Positions 21,127 through 31,934 of a stretch of 64,000 nt of DNA are shown piece by piece. A program made the translations under genes and the position numbers. A model generated the notes under the pieces. The model saw only the letters and a list, made by a program, of their open reading frames with translations, searched no databases and was not told the origin of the DNA. Origin of the DNA: Candidatus Saccharibacteria bacterium QS_5_54_17 (GTDB lineage Bacteria; Patescibacteriota; Saccharimonadia; QS-5-54-17); contig PXOU01000018.1 in NCBI GenBank assembly GCA_003022365.1, positions 75,964 to 139,963 of the forward strand, written 5' to 3'. Position 1 is the first letter of the stretch. Each line of letters begins with the position of its first letter.

Positions 21127-22610
21127 ACGTCATACCCGATTTTCTTCAAATTATCTTTAATCTGCTGTTCCAGCTCATGGCTTTGTTCGAACTGCTCACC
21201 CAGGTCTTTGGTGAGGCGTTGCATTTTCTCTTCGAATGCTTCATCATCTTCCTCCACCTCTTCGGCGCCCACGTAACGGCCGGGCGTGAGAACGTATTCA
21301 TGTTCTTTTACTTCTTCCAGTGAAGCAGCTTTACAAAAACCGGGTGTGTCTTCATATTCCCCGCTCTCATCCCGCCAGGCGTGATAGGTACCAGCAACTC
21401 TAGCGATGTCTTCTTCCGAAAGTACGCGGTTGCGGCGATTGATCATATGGCCCATGTTGCGCGCGTCAATGAAGAGAATTTCATCTCTATCAGTACGTTC
21501 GCGGGAAACAAACCACAGACAGGCCGGAATGCCAGTATTGAAGAATAAATGACTCGGCAGCGTAACGATAGCATCTACTAACCCGGCTTCCAGGATATTC
21601 TTGCGAATATCGCCCTCTCCGGATGTATTGGAACTCATGGAGCCGTTAGCCAACACGAAGCCGGCAATGCCTTTTGGCCCCAGATGGTGGATGAAGTGCT
21701 GTACCCAGGCAAAGTTGGCATTATTTTTGGGCGGCGTGCCGAACTTCCAGCGCACGTCATTTTGCAACTGTTCTCCGCCCCAATCATCGTCATTAAATGG
21801 TGGATTGGCCAGTATGAAGTCGGCTTTAAGATCCGGATGTTTGTCGTTATGGAAAGAGTTGCCTTGGCGAATGTCGGCATCAATGCCACGAATGGCCATA
21901 TTCATCTTAGCAAGGCGCCACGTGGTTGGGTTCGATTCCTGCCCGTAAATGGCGATGTCGTCCAATCGGCCTTGATGGTGCCCCACGAATTTCTCCGACT
22001 GGACGAACATGCCGCCGCTACCGCAGCACGGGTCGTAAATTCTTCCTTTATACGGCTCGATCATTCCCGTTAAAAGCTGGACAATGCTTCTGGGTGTGTA
22101 GAACTGGCCGCCGCGCTTGCCTTCGGCATCGGCGAACATACCAATGAAGTATTCATAAATCCGGCCCAGAATATCCTTGCTGTTATGGCCATCGCCATTG
22201 AGCGAAATACTGCTGAAAAGATCAATCAATTCGCCGAGACGTTGCTTGTCCAAAGCTTCCCGTCCGTAGTTTTTGGGTAACACTCCTTTGAGTGACGGAT
22301 TATCACGCTCAATGGCATCCATGGCTTCATCAATGAGCGTACCGATGTTCGGTTGTTTGGCATTGTCGCGCAGATATGACCAGCGAGCTTCTGACGGTAC
22401 CCAAAAGACATTTTTAGCTGCATACCAATCGCGATCCTCGGGATCAAATTCCTCATCCAGTGCCTGCTGATAACGCTCATCAAAGGCATCGGAGATGTAT
22501 TTAAGGAAAATCAGTCCCAGCACCACGTGCTTATACTCGGCCGCGTCCATGTTGTTCCGCATCTTATTAGCCGACTGCCACAGTTTCTGTTCTACGTTTT
22601 GGATGTCCAA
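21123..22610 (-). CDS. hsdM: Type I R-M methyltransferase subunit M
   Basis: [22 protein letters not shown]; TTG start after AAGGGAG. Confidence 0.96.
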   Translation of the reverse strand: MDIQNVEQKLWQSANKMRNNMDAAEYKHVVLGLIFLKYISDAFDERYQQALDEEFDPEDRDWYAAKNVFWVPSEARWSYLRDNAKQPNIGTLIDEAMDAIERDNPSLKGVLPKNYGREALDKQRLGELIDLFSSISLNGDGHNSKDILGRIYEYFIGMFADAEGKRGGQFYTPRSIVQLLTGMIEPYKGRIYDPCCGSGGMFVQSEKFVGHHQGRLDDIAIYGQESNPTTWRLAKMNMAIRGIDADIRQGNSFHNDKHPDLKADFILANPPFNDDDWGGEQLQNDVRWKFGTPPKNNANFAWVQHFIHHLGPKGIAGFVLANGSMSSNTSGEGDIRKNILEAGLVDAIVTLPSHLFFNTGIPACLWFVSRERTDRDEILFIDARNMGHMINRRNRVLSEEDIARVAGTYHAWRDESGEYEDTPGFCKAASLEEVKEHEYVLTPGRYVGAEEVEEDDEAFEEKMQRLTKDLGEQFEQSHELEQQIKDNLKKIGYDV

Positions 22611-22924
22611 AACAAAAACTCCCTTACTTTTATACCGTTGCACCTGATTATATCATGAACAAAGCAAAAAACCGAACATAACAGTTTGGGAAAAACCGAA
22701 CAAGTCGCAATGCGGTAACTAAATTATTTTCGATTTCAAACTCTTTCATAAGACTCAACAACTCGTTTTATCTATTATAGAGAAATATCACATACTTATC
22801 CGAACTTATTGCATCAGAAAGTGAATAAAGTTTGTATAATAGCTCGGTTTTTATTTCAAGATTACTTCTTCTTGCATATCTTTGGTTGATATAAGCAACA
22901 TACATTTTCTATAATAATGCTTAG

Positions 22925-22980
22925 AAAAAGGTACTCGGCCGTGGTTTATATACCACACAGAGCGGAGTATCTTTTTCTTT
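22925..22980 (-). other. Interrupted hairpin (terminator or small RNA) 3' of the 139-aa gene
   Basis: AAAAAGATACTC..GTGGT-ATATAA-ACCAC..GAGTACCTTTTT. Confidence 0.45.
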
Positions 22981-22988
22981 TTATGTGC

Positions 22989-23408
22989 TTATTGCTCCGG
23001 AAACGCTGACATGAATGATTTCCTGCCACTCCGTTTATCTTCTTTGATTTGTACATAGAATAACTCTTTCTCTTTCGTCATTCCTCCAAACCTGTGTAAA
23101 ATTTCTGAGTGATTGTTGGGATTTTGTTTGGAAACTGGTTCCCGGCGGGAATTGTGTATGAGATCCAAGGCTGGTGGTAGTAGCTTTAGGCGACGAACTC
23201 TGTCTTGCCAGTTTTTGCCATGTAGGTGACTCCAGAATAAATTAAGAAAAACTTTATCTTTACGAAAGTATGCTGAGCGTATGTATGGAGTGCGTTTCGT
23301 GCGAGCAGTGTAGACCTTAAAAACAGCACGTGCTCTTTTGTTAACTTCGCGGTAATTCGTGCCGGAAAGTGGGTTTTTACCTGACTCATAAACCTTCACG
23401 ATGACCAC
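22989..23408 (-). CDS. Basic hypothetical protein, possibly RelE/BECR-fold nuclease-like
   Basis: 139 aa, K/R-rich; F..HL..K..DR.RRL and C-terminal FYVQIKE..FMSAFP. Confidence 0.7.
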   Translation of the reverse strand: MVIVKVYESGKNPLSGTNYREVNKRARAVFKVYTARTKRTPYIRSAYFRKDKVFLNLFWSHLHGKNWQDRVRRLKLLPPALDLIHNSRREPVSKQNPNNHSEILHRFGGMTKEKELFYVQIKEDKRSGRKSFMSAFPEQ

Positions 23409-23468
23409 CTATGGTCTTACGGGATTACTATACCAAACACAAAGCGAACAAGAAAGCAGGGTATGATG

Positions 23469-24116
23469 CTAATCTATGCTGGCGTGACTATCCCGGGCGA
23501 CAATTAAATGATCGATAATGTCAATACCGACTATTGTGCTGGCTTTGGTGAGACGTTGATGAATTTCCCGATCGGCTTTGGATGGCGTGAGGTTGCCGCT
23601 GGGATGGTTGTGGGCGCAGATGATGAAAGCGGCGCGATCAGTGATAGCATCGGCAAAAACTTCACGCGGATGAACGAGGTTGGATGTAAGCGTACCGATG
23701 GTGATGGTGCGCTTTTCTATCAGCCGATGAGCGCCGTCCAGCGTCATGACCACGAAATGTTCCTGCTTCTTACCCCGAATATCCACCAGCTGCTCTGCCG
23801 CTTTTTCCGACGAATCGATAACCGGCTGCTCACCATCCACGAGATAACGTTTGGATAATTCCAACGAAGCTAGGATTTCAGTAATTTTGGCATTACCTAA
23901 GCCGGTAACGCTTTGCAACTGCTCGCGCGTAACGTCCGGGCCGTGTTCTTGAAGAAGCTTCAGCGCATCTTTGGCGATCTTGGTAACATCGGCATGCTTG
24001 GTGCCGCTGCCGATCAACGCCTGCAAAAGCTCCAGGTCCGCTAACGCACTCGCGCCCTTCTTGGCCAACTTTTCCCGAGGCCTGTCGAGTTTATCTATAT
24101 CTTTAATCCGCTTCAT
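23469..24116 (-). CDS. radC: RadC/JAB domain protein
   Basis: RPREKL, HPREVF, HNHPSG..PS..D, DHLIV. Confidence 0.95.
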   Translation of the reverse strand: MKRIKDIDKLDRPREKLAKKGASALADLELLQALIGSGTKHADVTKIAKDALKLLQEHGPDVTREQLQSVTGLGNAKITEILASLELSKRYLVDGEQPVIDSSEKAAEQLVDIRGKKQEHFVVMTLDGAHRLIEKRTITIGTLTSNLVHPREVFADAITDRAAFIICAHNHPSGNLTPSKADREIHQRLTKASTIVGIDIIDHLIVARDSHASID

Positions 24117-24154
24117 TGTGCTTTCGCTTAATTAATAGATAAAACATAACATAG

Positions 24155-24784
24155 TCATGCGTCATTTTCTTGAAGGGTATCAAATACTTTTTTGAGTGCC
24201 TGCTCCCGATGCGTGAGGTGGCCGCCGCGTTCTTCGGCTGAGATGTCGTGAATTTCGTATAACATTTTTCCAGCTTCGGGCACGTAAAATAAGGCGCGGA
24301 ACGGGAATCCTTCCATGCGGCCTTCTTCCACCGGCTCTTGGAGTATTTGGCCGGCTATTTCACTACTGGCGGTCCGTGGCTCCATGTGTTTGGTGGCGAA
24401 CGCCATGGTAGCGATGAACCGGGCGGTCCGCCGCTGGGGTTCAATGCCGCCCATCTTGTCCAGACAGTATTCGATGATTTCCTCGTCGGTCATTTCGTAC
24501 CCGGCCCAACGGCGGCTGTAGACGCCCGGCTCTTCACCGAGCGCGTCAATGGCAATGCCGCTGTCGTCGGCGAGTACCATCATTTCCGGATCGTCTATAG
24601 CTTCACGGTGGGCGTCGAGTTTTAAAATCGCGTTTTCTTCGTAGGTGGTACCGGTTTCCTCGACGTCTATGTCGATCCCGAGTTCTTCCGGGCTCCGCAC
24701 CGTTATACCCTGCTGCTGGGCGAAACGGGATACTTCTTGCTGTTTGCCAGGGTTGTTGGAGGCGAATAAAATCTCACCAGCCAT
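24155..24784 (-). CDS. rdgB: Non-canonical purine NTP pyrophosphatase (RdgB/HAM1 family)
   Basis: ASNNPGK, EETGTTYEENA, ADDSG, PGVYSRR, THR. Confidence 0.9.
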   Translation of the reverse strand: MAGEILFASNNPGKQQEVSRFAQQQGITVRSPEELGIDIDVEETGTTYEENAILKLDAHREAIDDPEMMVLADDSGIAIDALGEEPGVYSRRWAGYEMTDEEIIEYCLDKMGGIEPQRRTARFIATMAFATKHMEPRTASSEIAGQILQEPVEEGRMEGFPFRALFYVPEAGKMLYEIHDISAEERGGHLTHREQALKKVFDTLQENDA

Positions 24785-24796
24785 ATGCCTATGCTC

Positions 24797-25873
24797 CTAG
24801 AAATTAAGCGGTTTGCCTTTCGGCTGGATGGCGAACCAGGTGTCGCCGCGGTTGAGCGGTATCTGCTTGCCTTGCTTGTTCAGTAGCTCGATCCGGTCCC
24901 GAGGGCTTTTTTGCCGCCACTTTCCTTGGGTAACTTTACCGTTTTTGAAAACGAACGCTTTGCCGTTGCCGATGGTGTCCATGACGGCGTATTTGCCCCG
25001 TTTACCGGTCGGCATACGGATCACGACCACGTTTTTGACGGTGATCGGATTACCGGTTGCCGTATCTACGTGCGGGCTGCCGGCCATATACCGCCGGTAA
25101 ATATTCCTGTTTTTTAAGTACCGGAATTGGGCTCGGTATTGTGAACCCGAATAATTGACGGTGATTCTTTTGACGCGTGGGTTATTGGCGGGGTTATCGT
25201 CGCTCCAACGAATCGATTTGAAGGTGCTGGTCTTATAGCCTTTGCGTTTTTGCAGTTGCTGTAATTCTTTGACACTGGAGTACATATTATGCGGGGAAGG
25301 CCGTCCGCCACCACGGTAATACGGCCCGCTATGTTTGAACTGGTCCAAGTCCTTGGCGCCGCGTTTTTTAACCAAACGGAGTGCTTTGGCGCTGCCGCCG
25401 ACGTGGGCGATCGGCGTGTCAAAACCCATAACCCAGTCCAGGAAATAGGGCCGCAAACTGCGGATGGGACCGATCCGGCCGGGCGTGTTGCTCTGGTATA
25501 AGGCCAGAAAGCGGGTTATGCCGCTCTCCACCACTGCCTCGAACACCATGTCGGCGGCGTCCAGTCCCGTCTGCGGCCGGGCGCCGGGCGAGTTTTCGAT
25601 CATAACGCCAGTGACCGGTTTTTTGGCTGCTTCCGGCTTGACTTTTACCCCGGTCAGCTGGGTGGGTTGTTTGGTCGGTTTCAGCTGCTGTGCTTCCCGG
25701 GTGGAAGTCTCGTTTCCTACCCGCTGGGTACCCGCTACATCAAAGTCATGGGTATACATAAATCCGCCGGCGCCGACTACCACTACACCGCCCATTGCGG
25801 CCAGAACCATCCAGTGGTTCTGTGTCCATCGGGTAATTTTGCTCAATATGGCTACTGGCATATGCGTTTGCAT
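24797..25873 (-). CDS. DUF3048 domain protein
   Basis: VMIENSPGARPQTGL, EAVVESGITRFLALY, GPIRSLR, PHNMY; N-terminal TM. Confidence 0.88.
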   Translation of the reverse strand: MQTHMPVAILSKITRWTQNHWMVLAAMGGVVVVGAGGFMYTHDFDVAGTQRVGNETSTREAQQLKPTKQPTQLTGVKVKPEAAKKPVTGVMIENSPGARPQTGLDAADMVFEAVVESGITRFLALYQSNTPGRIGPIRSLRPYFLDWVMGFDTPIAHVGGSAKALRLVKKRGAKDLDQFKHSGPYYRGGGRPSPHNMYSSVKELQQLQKRKGYKTSTFKSIRWSDDNPANNPRVKRITVNYSGSQYRAQFRYLKNRNIYRRYMAGSPHVDTATGNPITVKNVVVIRMPTGKRGKYAVMDTIGNGKAFVFKNGKVTQGKWRQKSPRDRIELLNKQGKQIPLNRGDTWFAIQPKGKPLNF

Positions 25874-27291
25874 TATGCCACTTCCCGGGCCCGTGACAAA
25901 ACAGTCTGTAACCGGCGACGGGTTGTCTCAGACCCCAGCGCGTGCATGGTCTCAAATAGTCCCGGAGCTGCCGTTTGCCCAGTGATGCTGATCCGAATCA
26001 CTTTGAACAGTTCGCCGGTTTTAACATCCAATTCTGCCACCAACCCGCGCAACCGTTCTTCCAAATCCGCTTCGCTGAAATCGGACGACTCGATGGTCTC
26101 CAGCACCCGGGGGAGCCATTGCCGGGCATTGTCCATATCCAGTTGCTCGGGGTATTCGGCCGGATCAGTAAAGAAAAACCATGTTAACTCTGGCAGTTCG
26201 CCCAGGTATTTCAACCGTTCCTGGACCAATGTCAGTACCTGGCGTTTATAGTCCATGGACGCTTCCCGGGCGGATTGGGGCCAAAACCCTTCGGCGCGCC
26301 GGACCAGTTCGTCCAGGGTGAGGGCGCGGAGGTGATGTCCATTAATCCAATCCAGCCGCCCGTCATCGAAAACGGCCGGGCTCTTCTGGATGCGCTCCAG
26401 CGAAAACCGATTGATCAATTCGGCGGGCGTAAAAATTTCCTGGGTGGTGCCGTCGTTCCACCCCAGCGTCGCCAGGAAGTTTATGAGCGCCCCGGGAAGA
26501 TATCCCCAGTCACGATACTCCAGCGCGCCCAGCGCGCCGTGGCGTTTGCTCAGTTTGGTCTTGTCCGGTCCGTGGACGGGCGGTACGTGGACGAACGACG
26601 GGGTTTGCCAACCAAAGGCGGCGTAGAGTTGCAGGAACTTGGGCGTGGAGGAGAGAAACTCATCACCGCGCAACACATGGGAAATATCCATCAAGTGATC
26701 GTCCACTACGTTGGCGAAGTTGTAGGTCGGCCAGCCGTCGGACTTGAGACAGACGAAATCGTCCAGCTCGCTGCCCGCCCGTGACTGGCGCCCGTATACC
26801 ACGTCGTCCCAGGCGGGGTCATGGGATTGGTCGATGGCGAAACGCAATACATGCGGCTCATCGGGAGAACCGTCGGTTTTCAGCTGGGAGCGGTCAACTT
26901 TGAACGGGCGCTTTTCTTTTTGGGCGGCTTTCCGCATGGCTTCCAGATCCTGGGGCGGCGTCCAGTCCCGATAGATTCTCCCCTGCTCCAGCAAGGTTTC
27001 GGCGTGCTTTTGGTAGGATTCCAGACGCTGGGATTGCCAATACGGTCCATGAGCACCGCCGGCGCGCGGGCCTTCATCCCAGTCCAGTCCCAGCCACTGG
27101 AGGCTATCCATGATTGACGCGGCCGCGTCTTCGATGACTCGCGCCTGGTCGGTATCCTCGAAGCGCAGGATGAATACACCTCCCTGATTACGGGCGAAGA
27201 GCCAGTTGAACAGGGCGGTCCGTAAACCACCCACGTGCATGTAGCCGGTCGGGCTGGGCGCGAACCGCACCCGTGGCGCCTGTTCCCTCAT
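25873..27291 (-). CDS. gltX: Glutamate--tRNA ligase
   Basis: RFAPSPTG, HVGG, RFEDTD, KLSKR. Confidence 0.97.
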   Translation of the reverse strand: MREQAPRVRFAPSPTGYMHVGGLRTALFNWLFARNQGGVFILRFEDTDQARVIEDAAASIMDSLQWLGLDWDEGPRAGGAHGPYWQSQRLESYQKHAETLLEQGRIYRDWTPPQDLEAMRKAAQKEKRPFKVDRSQLKTDGSPDEPHVLRFAIDQSHDPAWDDVVYGRQSRAGSELDDFVCLKSDGWPTYNFANVVDDHLMDISHVLRGDEFLSSTPKFLQLYAAFGWQTPSFVHVPPVHGPDKTKLSKRHGALGALEYRDWGYLPGALINFLATLGWNDGTTQEIFTPAELINRFSLERIQKSPAVFDDGRLDWINGHHLRALTLDELVRRAEGFWPQSAREASMDYKRQVLTLVQERLKYLGELPELTWFFFTDPAEYPEQLDMDNARQWLPRVLETIESSDFSEADLEERLRGLVAELDVKTGELFKVIRISITGQTAAPGLFETMHALGSETTRRRLQTVLSRAREVA

Positions 27292-27338
27292 ACTTCATCA
27301 GCCTATAGCGTTACTGGGTGGCGGGTAAAGGGCCCGGC

Positions 27339-28502
27339 TTACATGCTGCTGGCCATGTTGACGATCTCTTGCTGGCTCAAATACGTCTCACTGTCGATGG
27401 TATACATGGTACCGCCATTCACCCAGGCGGCGTGGCGATTGTCATAGGTGTAAATGGTCAGCCCGTTCTCCCGATAGGTTTCGTAGTCGCTGGTCTTGCG
27501 GTTGATGTAATTGGTCAATAAACTCTGGGAATCCCACTGGGTCTGCGCCTGTTCCAGCGAGATGGTTTTGCCCTGTTTTTGGAAGGTCACGGTTAATTGC
27601 CCGTCACCGTAGGTGATCGGCCCGTTGAAGCTGTAGCCATCGGGGGTGTATTCGGGCAAAGAAGCATCCACGTTGGCTTGGCTGGCGGCCACCCGGACGG
27701 CAATACTGGGGTAATTCAAGTAAGTGACGTAACCGGCTAAAATCAGGATGCACAATCCGGTTACGCCGACTCGGAAGGCAGTATGATTCATCCCATTAAA
27801 GGGGAGTAATTTCCGGAACCATGATTGGCCGCCAGATGGTTGGTCGCCGGATGTAGCCGTGCTGGACAGGGAAGGTAATTGGCCATCTTCCACGCTCGGC
27901 GTTTCGGCTGCGGGCGTTCCTTCGGCCGGTGCTTGGGACTTGCCCTGGTACCCCTCCTGGTCTCCTTTCAGTGGATATCTCTGGTGCGGCCGCATGTGTG
28001 TGATTTGCTTGGCTTCCGTGGCTACTTGTTGCCCGGAAGCTTGGTCGAGCGCGGGTGCCTCCGGTGTCGCAGCAGCCGCCAGAGAGGCATCGGCAAATTG
28101 CTGGCTCAGTTCCTGCCGGGCCGTTTCCCCGGCTTCAGTAGCCTGGGGTCCATCCATAGTGGCAGTCGCGATCCCGGGGGTTGCCGCCGGGGCGGGTGGA
28201 TCGGGCGACTGGGTAGCCGGTTCAGGAGATTGTTGCGGTTGGCTCCCCGCGCCCAGATTCCGGGCATGCATCCCGTGCAACGATTTGGCGGCCGAGTCGG
28301 AGGTCGACGGAGCGGATGGTTGGTTTTCCGGCTGCTCCGGCTCCCGTGTTTGTTGCAGGTTCAGCGTATTCTGGTTGGCACCTGCCGAAGCTCCGGAGCT
28401 AAAATGCTGCAACCGCTGTGTGGCGCGCCGCCCGCAATCCATGCAGAAGGATTTCCCCCTGACGTGTACCATATTGGATTGTTGACATGTTTGACACTGC
28501 AT
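27339..28502 (-). CDS. Zinc-ribbon/disordered linker/TM/DUF4367-like protein
   Basis: CQTC..CMDCG N-terminus, A/Q/P-rich linker, TM, LPEYTPDGY..AAWV..Y C-terminal domain. Confidence 0.75.
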   Translation of the reverse strand: MQCQTCQQSNMVHVRGKSFCMDCGRRATQRLQHFSSGASAGANQNTLNLQQTREPEQPENQPSAPSTSDSAAKSLHGMHARNLGAGSQPQQSPEPATQSPDPPAPAATPGIATATMDGPQATEAGETARQELSQQFADASLAAAATPEAPALDQASGQQVATEAKQITHMRPHQRYPLKGDQEGYQGKSQAPAEGTPAAETPSVEDGQLPSLSSTATSGDQPSGGQSWFRKLLPFNGMNHTAFRVGVTGLCILILAGYVTYLNYPSIAVRVAASQANVDASLPEYTPDGYSFNGPITYGDGQLTVTFQKQGKTISLEQAQTQWDSQSLLTNYINRKTSDYETYRENGLTIYTYDNRHAAWVNGGTMYTIDSETYLSQQEIVNMASSM

Positions 28503-28539
28503 ATTTGGTATTTGTGTTATGTATGCTTATGGTTAAACC

Positions 28540-29370
28540 TTATTTCCATAATAGGATGTTTTTACTTCTGTGTAAATCCCTATGCACCCGGATAATGAAG
28601 CGGGGTATGGCCAGCTGGCGGCGGAGACGCCGCGGCTCCAGGGCCAGGCGCCACAGCCACTCGATGCCCGCCCGCTGCATGAACCGCGGGGCTCGCCTCT
28701 GTTGACCCCCGAAAATTTGGTAGTCAAAGGTGCCCCCTTCTCCGATGAGCACCCCGTGATCCAGCCGGTCACGCATCCGATGCATGACTTCTTCCTGGAG
28801 GGGATGCCCCAGTCCCAGCAGCACGATGTCGGGCCGTTTGTCGGCCAACTCACCCGCCAATTGCTGCTCCAACCCGGGCGAGAATACCCCGGAATCGTCT
28901 TTGCCGGGAAAGGTGCCGGCAATGGCCAGCTCCGGATGGGCATTTCGAAGTGTCCGGGCGGTTTCCGCAATATCCCCGTGGGCGGGCGAGCCGACCAGGA
29001 AGACGCTCCGGCCGTGGCGGGCGGCGGCTTCCAGAAGTGGCCAGGTAAAGTTGGCGCCGGCGATTTTTTCCGGTAATTGGGTGCGGATACGCTCCGGCCG
29101 CAGGATGATGTGGGATAACGTTTTGCCCAGTTGCCACAACGAACCGCTGCTGCGTTGGTAATGAGCGGCCCATTGCCAGCACACCCCATCCGGCAAGGAG
29201 AGCCATGCCCCATTCAAAATTTCCGGTGACGGATACTGGGAAAACTCGACATAGGGTTTGACGACGTACCGGCACCCGGGTTCCCGGCTGGCTTCGATGA
29301 TGCGTTCGACTGCCTGATCAATACCCAGCGGATCCAGTTCGACCCCCAGGACGCGAACGCGCCCCGTCAT
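28540..29370 (-). CDS. WecB/TagA/CpsF family glycosyltransferase
   Basis: PDG, LGLGHPLQE, GEGGTFD, RAP..GIEWLWRL..EPRR. Confidence 0.92.
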   Translation of the reverse strand: MTGRVRVLGVELDPLGIDQAVERIIEASREPGCRYVVKPYVEFSQYPSPEILNGAWLSLPDGVCWQWAAHYQRSSGSLWQLGKTLSHIILRPERIRTQLPEKIAGANFTWPLLEAAARHGRSVFLVGSPAHGDIAETARTLRNAHPELAIAGTFPGKDDSGVFSPGLEQQLAGELADKRPDIVLLGLGHPLQEEVMHRMRDRLDHGVLIGEGGTFDYQIFGGQQRRAPRFMQRAGIEWLWRLALEPRRLRRQLAIPRFIIRVHRDLHRSKNILLWK

Positions 29371-30509
29371 GGCCGGTGAGACGCTTCATCGACACGCGAC
29401 TGTATGGCCTCGGTGAATGTGGCGGTGGAAAATTGTCGGGCCCGGTTGGTGAGCGTAGACCCGTTAAATCGGCTGCTTTCGGATCGCTCGATGGCCTGAT
29501 TGATCCCGGCCGGTGTTTGCTGGTCAAAGAAGATGCCGGTCTCTCCTTCTATAACCGTTTCCCTGGCTCCGCCGGCGTTGTAAGCGATAACCGGCGTGCC
29601 GCTGGCCATGGCTTCCACGGGCGCGATGCCGAAATCTTCCACGTTGGGGAACAGCAACCCTTTGGCCTCGGTCAGCATCCGGGCCTTGTTTTTGGTGGAT
29701 ATATATCCGGTAAATTCGATGTTGTCACCGGCCAGCTCTTGGAGCCGGTTCCGATCGGGACCGTCCCCGATGACGGTAAGCTTTTTGCCGGAGACATTGA
29801 AGGCTTCAATGGCCGCGTCTATCTTTTTGTAGGGAGTCAGGACAGCTAAGGTAACGTAATAGTCCCGCTTCCCGGCCGGCGCGGTGTAGACCAGCGAAGA
29901 CGTATCAACCGGCGGAAATATAACGTCCGCCTTCCGCCGATAGAATTTATGAATCCGTTCACGGGTGGTTCGGGAATTGGCCAGAAAGCGGTCGACCCGT
30001 TGGGCGCCGACGAAATCCCACATGCGCAATTTGCCGGTCTGTCGAGTGATATAGGCGCGGCGGAGCGGTCCGACTCGTTGCTGGGAGAGATAGCGGGGCC
30101 AATAATCCCACACGAAACGCATCGGCGTGTGGCAATAGCATATATGCCGGGTAGTTTCGGGAGTAACGATGTTTTTGGCGAAGGCGGAGGAAGATGAGAT
30201 CACCACATCGTAGGCGCTGAAATCCCAGGACTCGATGGCGCTGGGTATAAGCGGTAATAAATATCGATTCCGCTGTTTCAATATATCCGGCATCTTCTGG
30301 AGATAACTGGTGTGTATCCGCTCCGGGGGGTAATGGAACTTGCTCGGATTGTAAACCAGCGTATAGATGGGTGCCTCGGGAAACATATCTGCCAATACCT
30401 CCAGCACGTGTTCCGCCCCGCCCCGCTTGGTATTCAACCAGTCATGGACTAAGGCGACTCGGGGACGACCGCTGCACCCGGCGGATTGCTCCTTGCTGCG
30501 TTCCTCCAT
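29367..30509 (-). CDS. Glycosyltransferase family 4
   Basis: VALVHDWL..GGAE, YCHTPMR, EDFGIAPVEAMASG. Confidence 0.93.
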   Translation of the reverse strand: MEERSKEQSAGCSGRPRVALVHDWLNTKRGGAEHVLEVLADMFPEAPIYTLVYNPSKFHYPPERIHTSYLQKMPDILKQRNRYLLPLIPSAIESWDFSAYDVVISSSSAFAKNIVTPETTRHICYCHTPMRFVWDYWPRYLSQQRVGPLRRAYITRQTGKLRMWDFVGAQRVDRFLANSRTTRERIHKFYRRKADVIFPPVDTSSLVYTAPAGKRDYYVTLAVLTPYKKIDAAIEAFNVSGKKLTVIGDGPDRNRLQELAGDNIEFTGYISTKNKARMLTEAKGLLFPNVEDFGIAPVEAMASGTPVIAYNAGGARETVIEGETGIFFDQQTPAGINQAIERSESSRFNGSTLTNRARQFSTATFTEAIQSRVDEASHRP

Positions 30510-30554
30510 GCCTCTTAATGTATCATGTTTGCCGGTTTTCCCGGGTGAGGACCG

Positions 30555-30865
30555 TATAGTCTCCCGGCTTATTGAACACCTCCTTGTCATTGCCAAGACG
30601 TCATTCCTGAAATAAATTCAGGACAGGCTCTGACCCCGATACGGGATCCGTTTCGGACATCACTGCCAATTTAGGTGGGAATCGGCTCTGCAATAGATCC
30701 TGAACCAAGTTCAGGATGACAGTTCTTTTTCGTCACCCGCTTTGTCATTCCGGCCCCCGAGCCCCGAATCCATTAACCCGATACGGTCCTGCAACTAATC
30801 CTGAAACAGATCCTGAACCAAGCCTGCCTGCCGGCAGGCAGGTTCAGGATGACATATTCAGAAAT
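30555..30865 (+). repeat. Composite REP/MITE-like element, copy 2
   Basis: TATAGTCTCCCGGCTTATTGAACACC start; interior is an inverted homologue of 61785-62100; nested CCTGCCTGCCGGCAGGCAGG. Confidence 0.85.
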
Positions 30866-30904
30866 GGGCGCCCGCCCTTCTCATGCCAAGTTTTCCGTTA
30901 ACCC

Positions 30905-31912
30905 TCATCCGCTGCTTAAGAGACTCTTCTGGTATTCGGCCAGGTTCCCCAGTGCCACGGCCGCGCCGTTGACCACGCAATATTCGGGATCGTCGGCGAC
31001 CAAAATCGGCACGTCGATGACTTTTTTGAACAAAACGTCCACTCCGGTCAATTTGCCGCCGCCGCCGGTCAACACGATGCCTTGATCTATGATGTCGCTA
31101 ACCAGTTCGGGTTGGGTATCTTCCAGGACCGAACGGACATTGCGGACGATCTGTTCCAGAATATCCTGGATGGGTTCGATGATTTCGCTGTCGGCCAGGG
31201 TGATGGTTTTGGGCAAGCCGCCGACGATATCCCGGCCCTGGACTTGCATGGAGTGCTGCTGGTCGTCGGCAATGGCCCGGCCGATTTTGTGTTTGACGGT
31301 TTCCGCCATGTGTTCGCCGATGGATAGATTGTGGTGTTTCCGGAGGTATTCGGATATAGCCGTGTCGATTTTATTGCCGCCCACCCGGACACTGGTCTGG
31401 GCGACTACGCCCCCCAGGGAAATAACGGCGATTTCGGTGGTGCCGCCGCCGATGTCGATAACCATATTCCCCCGCGGCTGGGTAACCGGGACCGCCGCTC
31501 CCAGGGCCGCGGCTACCGGTTCCTCGATGATGTAGGCCGCCCGGGCGCCGGCGGCGATAGTGGCGTCAATAACCGCTTTCTTCTCGGTGGAAGTAGCCCC
31601 GGCCGGTATGCTGATCATGACATCGGGCTTGACCAGGCGGAGGCGGCCGATGGCTAGATTAATATAGTGTTTGAGCATTTCCCGGGTAATCCGGAAATCG
31701 GCGATAACCCCATCCCGGAGGGGGCGATGGGATATCAGCGCTTGAGGGGTCCGTCCCAGCATATCCTCGGCTTCTTGGCCGATGGCGACGAGACTCCCCT
31801 GGTCGCTATTGACCGCCACCACGCTGGGTTCATTGACGATGATGCCGCGTCTGGGGGTGTACACCAGCGTCGAGACGGTGCCGAGATCGATGGCAATTCG
31901 TTTGGCGAACAT
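30905..31912 (-). CDS. mreB: Rod shape-determining protein MreB
   Basis: IAIDLGT, NEPSVVA, DGVIADF, DIGGGTTE, LTGGG. Confidence 0.95.
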   Translation of the reverse strand: MFAKRIAIDLGTVSTLVYTPRRGIIVNEPSVVAVNSDQGSLVAIGQEAEDMLGRTPQALISHRPLRDGVIADFRITREMLKHYINLAIGRLRLVKPDVMISIPAGATSTEKKAVIDATIAAGARAAYIIEEPVAAALGAAVPVTQPRGNMVIDIGGGTTEIAVISLGGVVAQTSVRVGGNKIDTAISEYLRKHHNLSIGEHMAETVKHKIGRAIADDQQHSMQVQGRDIVGGLPKTITLADSEIIEPIQDILEQIVRNVRSVLEDTQPELVSDIIDQGIVLTGGGGKLTGVDVLFKKVIDVPILVADDPEYCVVNGAAVALGNLAEYQKSLLSSG

Positions 31913-31934
31913 ATCTATACTATACTATAGACGC

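Noticed and set aside
22665-22705. AAAAACCGAACA twice as a LexA box
   Set aside because: Spacing does not fit CGAAC-N4-GTTCG; no assignable regulator.
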